The position numbers and the translations under genes were made by a program. Below, in pieces: positions 37,731 to 50,779 of a DNA stretch of 64,000 bases (its first letter is position 1; each line of letters begins with the position of its first letter). The notes below the pieces were generated by a model. That model was not told the DNA's origin, ran no database searches, and saw only the letters and a program-made list of their open reading frames with translations. Origin of the DNA: Squalus acanthias (Eukaryota); NCBI GenBank assembly GCA_030390025.1, contig CM059432.1, forward strand, positions 54,252,001 through 54,316,000, in the 5' to 3' direction.

Positions 37731-39898
37731 ATACATTGTATACATTGCATTGCAGCAACATAACACATAATACCTTGGCATTTAAGTTGTGTTTGATGGG
37801 GTACTTTTCTGTAGAATTATAAATTATATCTCCTTTTGATCCTCTAATTAGTCATATAGAGAAGCCTACCGATGGTTCATTGAGGTTGCATAAAGTAATA
37901 GTACAGAATGGAATGGTATCCATTGTACTTGATGTAAAGCTGAGGGAAATTATGGGAATATTTTTCTGTTCCACTTTATTGGGAGTGAATTAAGTTAATT
38001 TAGCCTAATTTTTAAAAATCTTAATTTAATCCGTTGTTCTGTATTTGCTTAATACATTGATTAAATAAAGAAAACTTGACGATATCGATTTATGTAAACT
38101 TTTCCTGAACAGAATATAGCTTTTACCGTATCATGCAAAATAAGAGCAAAACATTTCCAAACTATTTTCATTCTTACCGTATCTAAAGGATTTTAACACC
38201 TAAAACTAGAACAAACTCCTAGAAAAAATAGCAAGGAAAGGATTCCTAGAGAAGGTAGTTCATTTGGAGTTAACCAACGCCGTTAAAAGGAATTGGACTT
38301 CATATTCAGGAGAACCTTGGTGCTGATCAGTGCTCCAAACCACCTTCAATTGAGGACAGGGGGTTTGAGGAGACATGAGGCAGTCAGGCTGGGGGCCTAT
38401 CATTCTTTTAAACTTTACTTTCACTGCTGCAGGAAAAGGGATGCCAATGCTATCTCTCTCAATCCCACCTTTAAAAATCCATCAAAAGAGTGGCTTTCTT
38501 TTATGTTGGGTTCTGTGGAATCTTGTTAGAATTGTAAATGTGTTGTTTCATCTTCTTGCTGCTACAGCTGAATTAGCAGTCTATACATGCTCAGCCACAT
38601 CAATTTGAATTGCACAATAGGTCTGATCCAATTCATCCTGTATATTATGCTAATAGAAATTCTATTTGCTGTCACTCAGTGACGGAGTCCAGGGCTCAGA
38701 AAACCATTTGAAAGTTTAAAAACTGATATGTTTTAAATGTTCTATCACAGTTGAACTGGAATGAGTTACGGGCTGTAACACAGAATGTTTTGTGAACATG
38801 CACTGCATGTCATTAGCAGAACTGTTTGGTTATGTTACAGATTTGGAACACCAACTGTTATTCTATATATATATATATATGTGCATGTATATAGTGTCAC
38901 TGCTTCCAGTCTCCAAATCCTGCCAATTTCTTTTATAAGTATTCTTATGACACTGAGTGTAAAAAGACCCAATTCAGTCAAGCTGTTTTGCCACCCAGAT
39001 TGGCTTAAGAGCATCAAATTGCAAAATCAAATTCAGTGCTGTAAAGCAGGGCTATTTATGGCAAATCCTGCAGTTGTGATAAGAATAGTTTCCTAATGTT
39101 TTTATATTGTTTTCTTAGAACTTGAGCTATCAGCTGATTGAATGTAGCAGGATTGTATGAGAGACGCTGGGGAGAATTTTAACAGCAAAGAGTGAGTGGG
39201 TTTGGGAGTGGGTGGGTGGTTAAATGCGCTGAAATTGACAGCGCGTCGGGAAGCCGGCTACAACCCGCCGTCTTTCGCATTTCACTCAAGCACGTTTGGC
39301 TGCGTGCGAGAAACCCCCCTCGGAAGAGGCATGTTACCAATTTAAAGATATTATGAAGTAGTTAAGAGGTAATTAACACCTTTTTTAACAGGGGTTTTCA
39401 ACTTTCACTGTGGGTCCACGGGTTTCCCGAGCTTCATGGACCTCACCAGTGAAAGCAAGGTGAGAGCACAGCAGCAACTGAGGGCGCTGAACAAACGACA
39501 GGTATAAGTACTGAGACCTCACACCTGTTTCCTTGCCGAAGTGAAAGCTTACAGCACTTGTTCTGAGAGTTTGCTTTCAGTACTTTGCAGGTTATTTCTA
39601 CAACTGTGGAGATGATTTCTACTACTTTGGAGGTGACTTTCACTACATTGGAGGTCACTCTCGCTATTTGAAGATGTCTTTCACTACATTGGAAATCACT
39701 CATACCACTTTGGAGGTTTGTGCATCTGATCTCCACTTTACATGTCATATATCAGGTCAGCAAAGGTGCCACTTATGTTATTTCACCTTGGACCTCAGAT
39801 GAGAACCAAGATGAGCACCAGTAACAACACCAGCAACACCAGCAGGAGCACCAGCAGCCTTCTCCACACCGGCCTGCCGCTGCAAAGGAGAGAGGGGA

Positions 39899-40786
39899 TA
39901 AGCTCAGAGTGGTCTGAAACAGAGTGCTTCTAAACAGAGTGTTAAAGTTGGGAATTTGGAGAGAGTGGGAATTCAGAGCAGAGGGAATATTCCAAAATTC
40001 TCAACGAATATACATTCCATTGAGAAATAAAGGGCTAGAAATTCATTATAGCCCAGGAATGGGTGGTAAAATTAGAAAAGCTGGCCACATGTTCCAGTCT
40101 TTCTCGCTGCCTCCGCTCCCTCCACCATAGATCCTGGAGAGCCAGGCAGACTGCCCATACAGCCCCCATTATTGTAAGCCAAGTGTAGCACTTTTGATAT
40201 TTTTAAAGAATAAATGTAACTACTTTTTAGTTACCACAACACTCCTGATACAAAAGAACCTTTAAATTCCTGAATTAAACTGTTGTACAATATCAAACTG
40301 ACAAGAAAGCGCTGAAACTCCACCAACCTGACAGCTGAGACTCATTACTCATGATCCCTTTAAATTACATCCCTGGAGTCGGCTTCCGCCTGCTTGATGC
40401 CTCCTCTCCCAGTTGCTGTCTGGCCGAGGTGCTAAGGTAGGTGGCGAAAATCAATTTTGCAGATCGGGCACCACGCTCACTGACATCACGATCTGCCTGG
40501 CGTTGAAGTCCCCTTTTAAGACTGAGATTAGGAGGAATTTCTTCACGCAGAGGGTTGTGAATCTTTGGAATTCTCTACCTGAAAGGGCTGTGAATGCTGA
40601 GTCATTGAGTATATACAAAGCCGAGATAGATAGATTTTTGGACTCTAGGGGAATCAATGGATATGGGGTCGGGCGGGAAAGTGGAGTTTGAGGTCAAAAA
40701 TCAGCTATGATCTTATTGAATGGCAGAGCAGGTTTGAATGGCCATATGACCTACTCCTGCTCCTACTTCTTATGTTTTTATGTAGG
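39899..40786 (+). mobile_element. Composite insert: CR1-like pieces with a probable nested MITE (~40032-40513)
   Basis: CR1 3' end at 40514-40783 (RRNFFTQRVVNLWNSLP and tail). GGGCTAGAAATT terminus at 40032. Confidence 0.6.
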
Positions 40787-41273
40787 TACAGCTCACAGGA
40801 GGCAAAAGCCGCAACACAGGGTATATAGGCAGAGGATCAGCTTCCTTGACATGTCCAAAGACCAGTGCCTCAGGAGGCTCAGGGTATCGGGTCAGGTCAT
40901 GGGGGATATTTGCACCCTGTTGGACCAAGACCTGCTGCCAACTGGACCTAATGGCCATGCTTTACCAGTGGCTGTCAAAGTGACCACCGCCCTCAACATC
41001 TTCACATCAGGCTCCTTCTAGTGATTTCCAGGAGATATTTGAAGGAATTTGCAGTCGGTCGCCCACAAATGCATTACACAGTTGACCGTGCCTTGTTTGC
41101 CAGGGCAGACAGTTATGTACACTTTGCCCCCGATGAAGCCAGTCAGACTGAGCAGGTGCTCAGGTTTTTGGCTCTAGCTGGCTTCTCACAGGTGCAGGCG
41201 TCATTGACTACACACATGTGGCAATCAAGGCACCCCCAGATCACCCAGGAGTGTTTGTGAACCATAAGGTTCA

Positions 41274-42957
41274 CAAAGCTGGGTGAGAGTGTAAGTTGTG
41301 AGGAGGATGCAAAGAGGCTTCAAGGGGATATAAACAAGCTAAGTGAGTGGGCAAGAACATGGCAAATGGAATATAATGTGGAGAAATGTGAAGTTATCCA
41401 CTTTGGTAGGAAAAATAGAAAAGCAGAGTATTTTTTAAATGGTGAGAGATTGGGAAATGTTGGTGTTCAGAGGGACCTGGGTGTCCTTTTACACGAATCA
41501 CTGAAAGTTAACATGCAGGTACAGCAAGCAATTAGGAAAGCAAATGATATGTTGGCCTTTATTACAAGAGGATTTTAGTACAAGAGTAAAGGGGGGCAAA
41601 ATTGGGTCATGCCCCCTTTGGGGCGCTAACTTCGCAAGTAGCGCCCTGAAAAAGTTAGCGCCCCCACTCCTGGATGATCTGGGGGTGCCTTGATTGCCAC
41701 ATGTGTGTAGTCAATGCCCCGCACCCGAAATTCACTGGTAGCGCACCAAGAGGGAGGCGGGGCGCTACTGGAATCGTCCCGCCTCCCTCTTGGGGCGCTG
41801 CGAGTGAATATTGCGGCACTAAGTGCAGCAGCGCCACGCGCTGCGGCACATCACGCCGTGGTACTGCAGGCCTTCCTCCCCTTATTAAAGGGGAGGGTCC
41901 TAGCGCAGCACGACCCGGGGCCCAGCTGGGCCACCAGGGATCGGAGTGCCGGCAAAAGAGCCCAGCGCTCAAGAGAAGTGCCGGGCTCACGGAAGGCAGC
42001 CGGCACCCCGTTGGGGGGCTGCACAGGAGGCCAGGGACAGCAACGGGGGCAAGTGCTGGCAGGTGGCCAGCAACAAAAATGGCCACCCGGCACCTCCCCT
42101 TTAATTTGCGCCGCCCCGGCCACAGATAGGCCCCCTTCACACTGTCAGACATAGCGTCCGGCGGTAAATCATGGGGCGCTACCGAAGATCGCGAGCGGGG
42201 TGCTACACAAGGTGATGATGTCATCGCCAGAGGCTCAGCGCCGCGGGGCGCTAACGGTTACTACCGCCGCTAACCTCCAGCTGATTCCCTTAATATCCAA
42301 AAATCTATCGATCTCTGTCTTGATGGGAGGCGCAAATCAACCGAATTTTTCCCCCAAGATGTCTTACTGCGATTATATAGGGCCCTGTTGAGACCACACC
42401 TGGAGTATTGTGTACAGTTCTGGTCTCCTTACCTAAGGAAGGATATACTTGCCATAAATGGGAGTGCAACGAAGGTTCACTCGACTGATTCCTGGAATGG
42501 GGGGATTGTCCTATGAGGAGAGATTGAGTAGACTAGGCCTATATTCTCTAGATTTAGAAGAATGAGAGGTGATCTCATTGAAACATACAAAATTCTTACA
42601 GGGCTTGACAGGGTAGATGCAGGGAGGATGTTTCCCCTGGCTGGGGAGTTTAGAACCAGGGGTCACAGTCTCAGAATAAGGGGTCGGCCATTTAGAACTG
42701 AGATGAGGAGAAATTTCTTCACTCAGAGGGTGGTGAATCTTTGGAATTCTCTACCCCAGAGGGCTGTGGAGGCTCAGTCATTGAATATATTCAAGACAGA
42801 GATCGATAGATTTTTGGATATTAAGGGAATCAAGGGATATGTGGATAGTGCAGGAAAGTGGAGCTGAGGTAGAAGATCAGCCATGATCTTATTGAATGGT
42901 GGAGCAGGCTCGAATGGCCAAATGGCCTACTCCTCCTCCTATTTCTTATGTTCTTAT
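41274..42957 (+). mobile_element. 5'-truncated CR1 LINE
   Basis: KCEVIHFG through RRNFFTQRVV, with tail. Probable TSD GTTCA at 41269-41273 and 42958-42962. Confidence 0.9.
41592..42355. mobile_element. CpG-rich Harbinger MITE nested in CR1
   Basis: AAG TSD at 41589-41591 and 42356-42358. Removing it restores the CR1 sequence aagagtaaagatgtctta. Homologous to 24141-24846. Confidence 0.92.
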
Positions 42958-45499
42958 GTTCATCAATGTGAAGCTCATCTGCAACCACAAAAAGATCATT
43001 ATGCAAGTGTGTGCAAGATTCCCAGGGAGCTACCATGATGCATTTGTCCTGCACCACTCCACCCTCCCTGATCACTTCGCACCTCCAAACAGACTTACCG
43101 TCTAGCTGCTTGGAGACAAGGGCTGTCCACTTAAGACATGGTTGATGACACCCCTGAGGAGCCCAATCAATAAGGCCTAAGAGCGCTACAATCAAAGCCA
43201 TATGACGATGAGATGTGTCATTAAGCAAACAATCGGGATGCTGAAGATGCGCTTCAGGCTCCTCGACAGATCTGGAGGCGAACTTCAATATGCGGCAGCC
43301 AGGCTCTGAAGAATGATTGTGGCTTGCTGTGTTCTGCAGAACAGTGCAGCAGCAAGGATTGGAGCTGTAGGAGGAGCAAGGCACAGAGCACATTGCCTCT
43401 TCAGAGGAGAAAGATGACAAGGAGGAGGAGGAGGAAGAGGAATGTCAGGTGTCCATTGCACCAGCAGTGGTGCACATTGCTGCCCGGGATGCTTGGGATG
43501 GACTCATCATGGTAAGATTTAGTTAGGTTGCACCACTGTAGCCATCTGGCAGCCACATGCTGAACCCACTTGCCCCCTCCCCCAGCACAAAGCAGTCCCG
43601 CAATCAGCAAGGCATCCCTTTCACAGACACCCATTGCTCAGATTTAAGTCTTGTCTTACCAAGCATTAGAACTGAGAAGGCCAGTTGCCAGGTTGCAGGC
43701 AAAAATGGGCAAGACTGGAAAGTGGTGCAAAGCAATAATTTTATATGTGGCTCAAAACTTATACATTAACTTATCAGAGCAACATGTCTATCACACCCAT
43801 GTGCACAACCTTGTGCAACTACTAATCTTTCATTTTCCTTTTCCTACAGCTCCTATGCCGTGTAACTCCTGTGGCTCCAGCAGAGGTAGAGGCAGGCTGC
43901 TCACATCCCTGCCCTGACTGCTGAGATGCTCTTGGCTGACGTTCTCTGGGTTTTGGAGCCCATGAGGGCCCCGCCAAACCCTGCTCCACCTCCACCTGTG
44001 CAGGAGCAGGCTCGACAATCGGGACATGAGGCAGCAGGTGGAGTACTGACTGAGGTGGGGCAATGGGTGAGAAACATAGAAATATAGAAAAATAGGAGCA
44101 GGAGTAGGCCATTCGGCCCATCGAGCCTGCTCCGCCATTCAATATGATCATGGCTGATCCTCTATCTCGATACCATATTCCCGCTCTCTTCCCATACCCC
44201 TTGATGCCTTTTGTGTCTAGAAATCTATCTATCTCCTTCTTAAATATATTCAGTGACTTGGCCTCCACAGCCTTCTGTGGTAGAGAATTCCACAGGTTCA
44301 CCACCCTCTAAGTGAAGAAATTTCTCCTCATCTCAGTCCTAAATGTCCTACCCCGTATCCTGAGACTGTGACCCCTCGTTCTAGACCCCCCAGCCAGGGG
44401 AAACATCTTCCCTGCATCCAGTCTGTCTAGCCCTGTCAGAATTTTGTACGTTTCAATGAGATCCCCTCTCATTCTTCTAAACTCTAGTGAATACAGGCCT
44501 AGTCGACCCAATCTCTCCTCATACGACAGTCCTGCCATCCCAGGAATCAGTCTGGTGAATCTTCGCTGCACTCCCTCTATGGCAAGTATATCCTTTCTTA
44601 GGTAAGGAGACCAAAACTGCACACAGTACTCCAGGTGTGGTCTCACCAAGGCCTTGTATAACTGTAGTAAGACATCCTTGCTTCTGTACTCAAATCCTCT
44701 TGCAATGAAGTCCAACATACCATTTGCCTTCCTAACTGCTTGCTGCACCTGCATGTTTGCTTTCAGTGACTGATGTACAAGGACACCCAGGTCCCTTTGT
44801 ACATCACCATTTTCCAATCTATCACCATTTAAATGATACTCTGCCTTTCTGTTTTTCCTACCGAAGTGGATAACTTCACATTTATCACGTTGTACTGCAT
44901 CTGCCATGTATTTGCCCACTCACTCAACTTGTCTAAATTGCCTTAAAGCCTCTTTGCATCCTCCTCACAACTCACAATCCCACCTAGTTTTGTGTCATCA
45001 GCAAACTTGGAAATATTACATTTGGTTCCCTCATCCAAATCATTGATATATATTGTGACTAGCTGGGGCCCAAGCACTGATCCCTGTGGTACCCCACTAG
45101 TCACCGCCTGCCACCCCAAAAATGACCCATTTGTTCCTACTCTCTGTTTCCTGTCTGTTAACCAATTTTTAATCCATGCCAGTATATTACCCCCAATCCC
45201 ATGTGCTTTAATTTTGCACACTAACCTCATATGTGGGACTTTATCAAAGGCCTTCTGAAAATCCAAATGCACCACATCCACTGGTTCTCCCTTATCTATT
45301 CTACCAGTTACATCCTCAAAAAACTCCAGTAGGTTTGTCAAACATGATTTCCCTTTCATAAATCCATGTTGACTTTGTGTAATCCCGTTGATATTTTCTA
45401 AGTGTCCTGTTATCACATCCTTTATAATAGACTCTAGCATTTTCCCTGCTACTGATATTAGGCTGACCGGTCCGTAGTTCTGTGTTTTCTCTCTCTCTC

Positions 45500-45870
45500 T
45501 GCTGTGATTTCCAGCAAAAAAAGTTTAAAAAAAATTTGTTTTCCATACAGACTCCAGCATCTGCCATATCTGACCCCTTGTGACCCCACCTCATTGTCTT
45601 TGTTGTATTTTGCTATCGTCTTTGATGTAATGTCTTCCTGACTGACCTGGTTGGACACCATCCACACCTTTGATTGCCGTGATTGTCTCTCTGCCGAGGT
45701 GTGATAAAGGGCAGTTAGAAAGATTAACTGTAGTCGTCTGGCATTGTTCTCTGACTACATATGCTGTGCCCATATGTATTTCTTCACTTCACCTGATGAA
45801 GGAGCAGCGCTCCAAAAGCTTGTGATTTCAAATAAAGCTGTTGGACTATAACCTGGTGTTGTGTGACTTC
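45500..45870 (+). mobile_element. Short Penelope-type insert within CR1
   Basis: Interrupts the CR1 at ttttctctctc|tcctttttta. Ends with the aaataaa.ctgttggactataacctggtgttgtg block shared with 7280-7325. Confidence 0.75.
45789..45825 (+). ncRNA. Hammerhead motif with a G12->A core mutation (probably inactive)
   Basis: TCAC CTGATGA A GGAGC agc GCTCC AAAA GCTT GTGA. Confidence 0.65.
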
Positions 45871-48800
45871 TCCTTTTTTAAATAGTGGGGTTACATTTGG
45901 CACCCTCCAATCTGCAGGAACTGTTCCATAATCTATAGAATTTTGGAAGCTGACAACCAATGCATCCACTATTTCCATGGCTACCTCTTTTAGTATTAGA
46001 AGTGGAAGCGCTTTGAGCAGAGTACCCACTTCTATGCCCCGCTTTTCCATTTCCCTCTCATGGCCCACCCGCTAGCAATGAGCTGGAGAGCACTTTGTTG
46101 CACATCCATGGGGCGCTGAATGGCCAAGGCTTGGTTTTGATCCATCCTACTTTAGGTGGCATTCAGAGTGTGCAAGCCATTGGCGAGGGCAAGCATGCAC
46201 TCATTTGACTGCCGCCTTTGATGCTCCATGCTAGTGGCCACTCTTTCTATGGACGAACACATCATAGATAAGGTCTATGACATCATGCCACTCATGCATG
46301 AGATGGACTCCTCCATTCTCTCTGCAAGCATGCAGAGTGCGGCTGGAAATCCTGCCAATACCTCACACATTTTTTGCTGCTGTTCCAGAATCATCCTCTT
46401 TGTCAATGACTCCCGAGGTTCAGCATCTGCATCCAACTGAGGAGAGCATGGAGCATCCTGTGCCCTCCAACGAGGATTCTCTACTGCTGTCCCTGTCTCC
46501 ACCATCTGCTCTTGCTCACATGTGCTGTTTGGGACACCAGATGACAACACAACTATCTGTCTTGCTGCTCCCACTGACGTTGTGTATCTGCGCTGGTGCG
46601 AGGTGTGCATGAGTCCTGTGACGGTGCACCCTCAGAGTTAACGACTTCCTCTAAGGAGTCGTCTTCCTCCTCTGGCACCACCTCCTGTGGGACACTTGAT
46701 GGACCTGTGGGAGATTAAAGACATGAATTATAACTGTTATGATAAGAATGCTTAAAGTTACCATTATGCACATAATCATATTTCACTGGCTGCTGATATC
46801 AAGTCAACATGAGTGACTGTTGTATGCCATGTGGCGGTGTGATATTTAATTCTGCCACCAGGTAGCTGGGAGCTCCCCGTCTCTCCATCTCCGATCGCCA
46901 GGCACGCCGACACTCCGTTTATTCGAGAGCATCCTTCTCTGCAGTTGTCTCCGGTTTTCTGCCTCTCCCTGATGTTCTGTGCTCTCTTCTCCTGCAAGGA
47001 GGGAATCAAGGGACCTTTGAGTGAGAGTCATGGAATGAGTGGAACAGATGGATGGACAACATCTGTTGAGGGTGACTATGAGGGAGAGGCGTGACATTGC
47101 ATTAAGATGAGGGTGAGTGTCAGTGGTGGATGGTCAGATGGGGATGTGAGGAAGTGCATACATAGAGAGGGATGGGTGTACCTGCAAGGTAAGTTGGTGT
47201 GAGGAGTGATGTGCAGGAGAAGGCTTTGGAAGGTAGAGTGAGGGGGTTGGGGTGACTCACACATCAGGATGTAGTTGAATGTCCCATTGCACTCACTTCT
47301 CCTGCCCTCATGAGGTCATTAAAGTGCTTCTTGCTCCAAGAGCGTGGCACCACACTCCCGCTGCTCTCCTCCTCCGCTATCTTCAGCCACACCTTCTTTG
47401 TCATTGAGGCTGGCTTCTTCCTTCCATCAGCAGGGAATGAAATCTCCCTGCTAGCCCTTACACCGCGCAGTATGAAGTCTAGGGACGCATCACTGAAGCG
47501 AAGCGCAGCCTTTGTACGCTGAGACTCCATACTATAGTGCTTGATATGTTTCTCCCACCTCCACAATCCTTCAACTGTCATCTTTGCAGTGTTCCTTTAA
47601 ATACCTCAGCTGAAATAGACCCATGCGTGCCGTAATCATGCCCGCTCATGCTAATTGGTCGGGAAACCCGGAAGTCAGATGCAAATGCAGTGGCTGGGTT
47701 AAAACGCCACTGACAGAGGCACTGCAGCTAATTCCAGGTTTCCCGTGTGCTACCGGACCCCACCTCTTCCAATGCATCGGCAGGTAAATATTCTGGCACT
47801 GTATGTATCCATTACAAATTACTGTATTCGGTTACAATACATTATGATTGATATTGGATGAAACTTTTCGTAACACACATGGCCAAGGGTTTTACTGTTA
47901 AGAAAATAAATAAGTGTTTATTTTGAACTGTAGAAAGGAGAAACTTTGGTAATTTAGTGGATCACAATGTTACAATTCGGCCTTGTCTTTTAATTCTCTT
48001 TATTCGTGATCATTTCAAAATTCAGCTACCAGAGGCAAGGCCAATCTTCCTGTGAACTGAAGCATGGCCTTATGCAGAAAATGCTGAAAGTTGAACTATG
48101 AAGCCTTACACTTGGGGGTATGTAAAATACACTACTGATCCCTCCAATAAATTGAAAAGCATCATGTTGACAGATTGTGTAGCTCAGGCTAAAACAGCTG
48201 ATTTGTATTTATTAAGAGAACACAACATATACAGAGCAAAATGGGTCACTAGAGTAAAATAAAGTACAGTGCTTAATTCCCATCAGTACTATAAACCATT
48301 TTCTGCTACCAAAACAACTAAATTAGCTTTTTATGTAAGCACATACCTTTAATCTCAAAGAGTTCTTACAATGTATACTTGGTTGATTTGAGCAAACTAA
48401 CTCAATGATCATTAGCTATCACATTTATTCTCAGCCTGTAAGGGTTCTGGATACAGAATTATCAATCAGGCCAGATTTCAAGGACACAAGGAGCTGCCTC
48501 TCAAACATTTAGTTCAAGCAGACTCTCACTCCTCCGGGACAAAGCAAATCTGCCACAATAGGCAACACTCTTGTTATCAAACACTCCCTGGAGGAACAGC
48601 CCTTACAGTTAATGGCTCTATCTCTTTCTCAAGAGCCTGGTAAGCAATTTAATCATTTCTATCACTTGGATCGGTTTTGTACCTTCGAACACTGAATAAG
48701 GCATTACAAATCGCTTGCTCCTAAGTGATCGTTATATGTCTGATAGGAAAGTACAAAATATCACATCCCTAATAACATGTCTATTGTTTTACAGGAATCT

Positions 48801-48888
48801 AAAACTTGATGGGCTATTGTTCACAAATTACCAGGATGATCAAAAGTTTTTGTAACCAGGAGAGAATATCTGCTGCCATTAACATGTG

Positions 48889-49354
48889 GGGCTGGAGTCT
48901 TCTCTGTGATCCTGCCCAAAATCAAGTGGGATAGCGGCGGAGAAAATTCGGGCAGTGAGATCTACTTGCCCTGCCGGCAGTGGCCCAAAGGTAAGTCCTG
49001 AGAGTTGGGGAGTATTCCTGCTCCTCCTGGCTCCACAGGGATTTTTATTTTATTTTAAACTAACCTTTAGGTGGTGGCTGCTGCTTAGGCCACTGCTACC
49101 GCTGAAGAATTCTGGCTCTACGATGTCCAATTTGGTAGAGGGGGTCTAAAACACACATTCGGCCCCTCATTTACATATATAAGGAGCCTGTTTTACTAGG
49201 CTGCCAGGGACGCCTGAAAAATTGTCTGATCCAATTTCGAGTCGAATGTCTTTCAGGCATCCTTTGGGGACGAGACGTTGGTCACCAAAATTGGCCTTCG
49301 TTGTGCCCATTTTACGCCCGTAAAACAAGCATATCAAGGTCCAAATTTGACCCC
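48889..49354. mobile_element. Harbinger-type MITE related to 10040-10620
   Basis: Shared right half. Terminus CAAATTTGACCCC. Confidence 0.6.
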
Positions 49355-49814
49355 AATGTATATGTTTTCACAAACCCATTGAAGGTACAGACACTCCCAC
49401 ATCTTTAACCCCAACTGCCAGGCTAAAGTAGAAGTAAGTTGTGGTCATTGCTTCCTCTTCATATGGTGTCATATGCCAGACATCCTCCTGCAGTAGCCTG
49501 GCATTCCTTGGCATTGAGTACTGTCTTCTTCTGCAGGAGAAATGCACAGTGTTAAGTGGCTGCTGCTGTCCTCGGATCCAGCAGTCACAATCAGTCAAGA
49601 TTCATGAAATGGATGGTAGTAATGGTAGGCAACAAGGATCTAGATTATGAGACACTCCTAGTACCAGCAAGCATTACAGCATGAGATACTTAAAATAAGG
49701 GTTGCCAAGTGGCTTGGTGCCATGTGATGCCCTTGACTATTGTTCTGTAAAAGACACATGTGCTTCTTTCTGATTCAGTTATCTGCCCTAATATTCATCT
49801 GGAAATACTCTCAC

Positions 49815-50315
49815 CTTTGCTGACCTAGTGATAACATTAAACTCTTCAAACACTGCAAGGTCTTTGGGGTTATGGCAGTACCACTGACAGTCACAACCAA
49901 CTTCCTTCCCTATGGCCCATGCTGTTGCACGTGATGGCCTCACCCCTGGTTTTCCAAAAACGGAGTCCCTCTGCTCTAGAATGTGTGGCAGCAACACTTC
50001 CACGTCAGCCTCCGAAATATTAGAAGCTCACCTTTCCCTTCTTTATAACCAGCCATTTCAGTTCCTCCTGCTCAGCTCTTTAAATGCATGAAGCCCTTTA
50101 AATAGGGAAGTTGCACGTTTGCTCTGCTCCTTTCCAAATTTTCCAGGGTCCTATCTGGCCCTCTGCTGGCAGGACTTCTGCCATTCTACTAGCATTATTT
50201 AAGTTAGCTGATGCTGGGATTTCTGGCAGGATCAGCCTCCTCCTATCTGGCGGCATAAGTTCCACTCCACTCCACTTACGCCAGCGGAGCAGGGTCCCAG
50301 GAATTTTCAGGCCAT
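49815..50315 (-). pseudogene. Harbinger end with decayed Myb exon 1
   Basis: SEADVEVLL...RDSVFG...FNVITRSAK followed by a GTGAG donor. AATTTTCAGGCC terminus at ~50313. Confidence 0.55.
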
Positions 50316-50779
50316 CCTGCTAACAAAACAGATGGATTCCATTCTCGGAAGCAGTCAAGAAACCATGTTAAATTGTTACAATACTGGGCATAGCTACAAA
50401 TCCATATATAATTGTACAGTGTAAAAATTCCTCTGACTTAAAATGGTGCCAATCTTGTTCTGTCATAGAAGGTAATTTGATCTCTAGTAGTGCAGTGGGG
50501 CAGGGATATCTAATCCCTGGCAATTAGAATAAGGATCTAACCTTCAGGGTCAGCGTCACACCAACCTGTGTATGAGATCTGTAGAGCTGAATCTTAGTGA
50601 AAAAGTTAAATTATCGCAGTTGCACTATATAAGCTGTGATTTATTTTAGTGCAAAGAATTAAACAACAACACACAAGGATCTTGGAATTTGGAAGAGTTA
50701 AGACGTGAAGCCTGGAGTAGTGAGAGAAAAGTATTTTGCTGAGTGAAGTGGACAAATAGCAAATGTGGGAGGAGAAAAT

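Larger units (their letters stand above)
39790..43520 (+). pseudogene. Harbinger transposase interrupted at 39899-40786 and 41274-42957
   Basis: [36 protein letters not shown] and LGDKG motifs. Reading resumes after each insert. Confidence 0.88.
44074..45997 (-). mobile_element. Young 5'-truncated CR1 LINE (RT domain)
   Basis: QHGFMKGKSC, DFQKAFD, GVPQGSVLGP and FADD motifs. Candidate TSD AGAA. Near-identical to 54191-56151. Confidence 0.93.
43822..47530 (-). pseudogene. Harbinger Myb/SANT partner, 3 exons, exon 3 interrupted by CR1
   Basis: MESQRTKAALRFSDASL...WLKIAEE...FNDL followed by GTGAGT. Exon 2 reads EKRAQNIRERQKTG. C-terminus LAGPSWAPKPR...RKRKMKD. Confidence 0.85.
39169..47798. 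mobile_element. Two-gene Harbinger element H3, expanded by nested insertions (ends approximate)
   Basis: Left GGGGAGAATTTTA, right TAAATATTCTGGC. Same gene layout as H2 and closely similar proteins. Confidence 0.8.
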
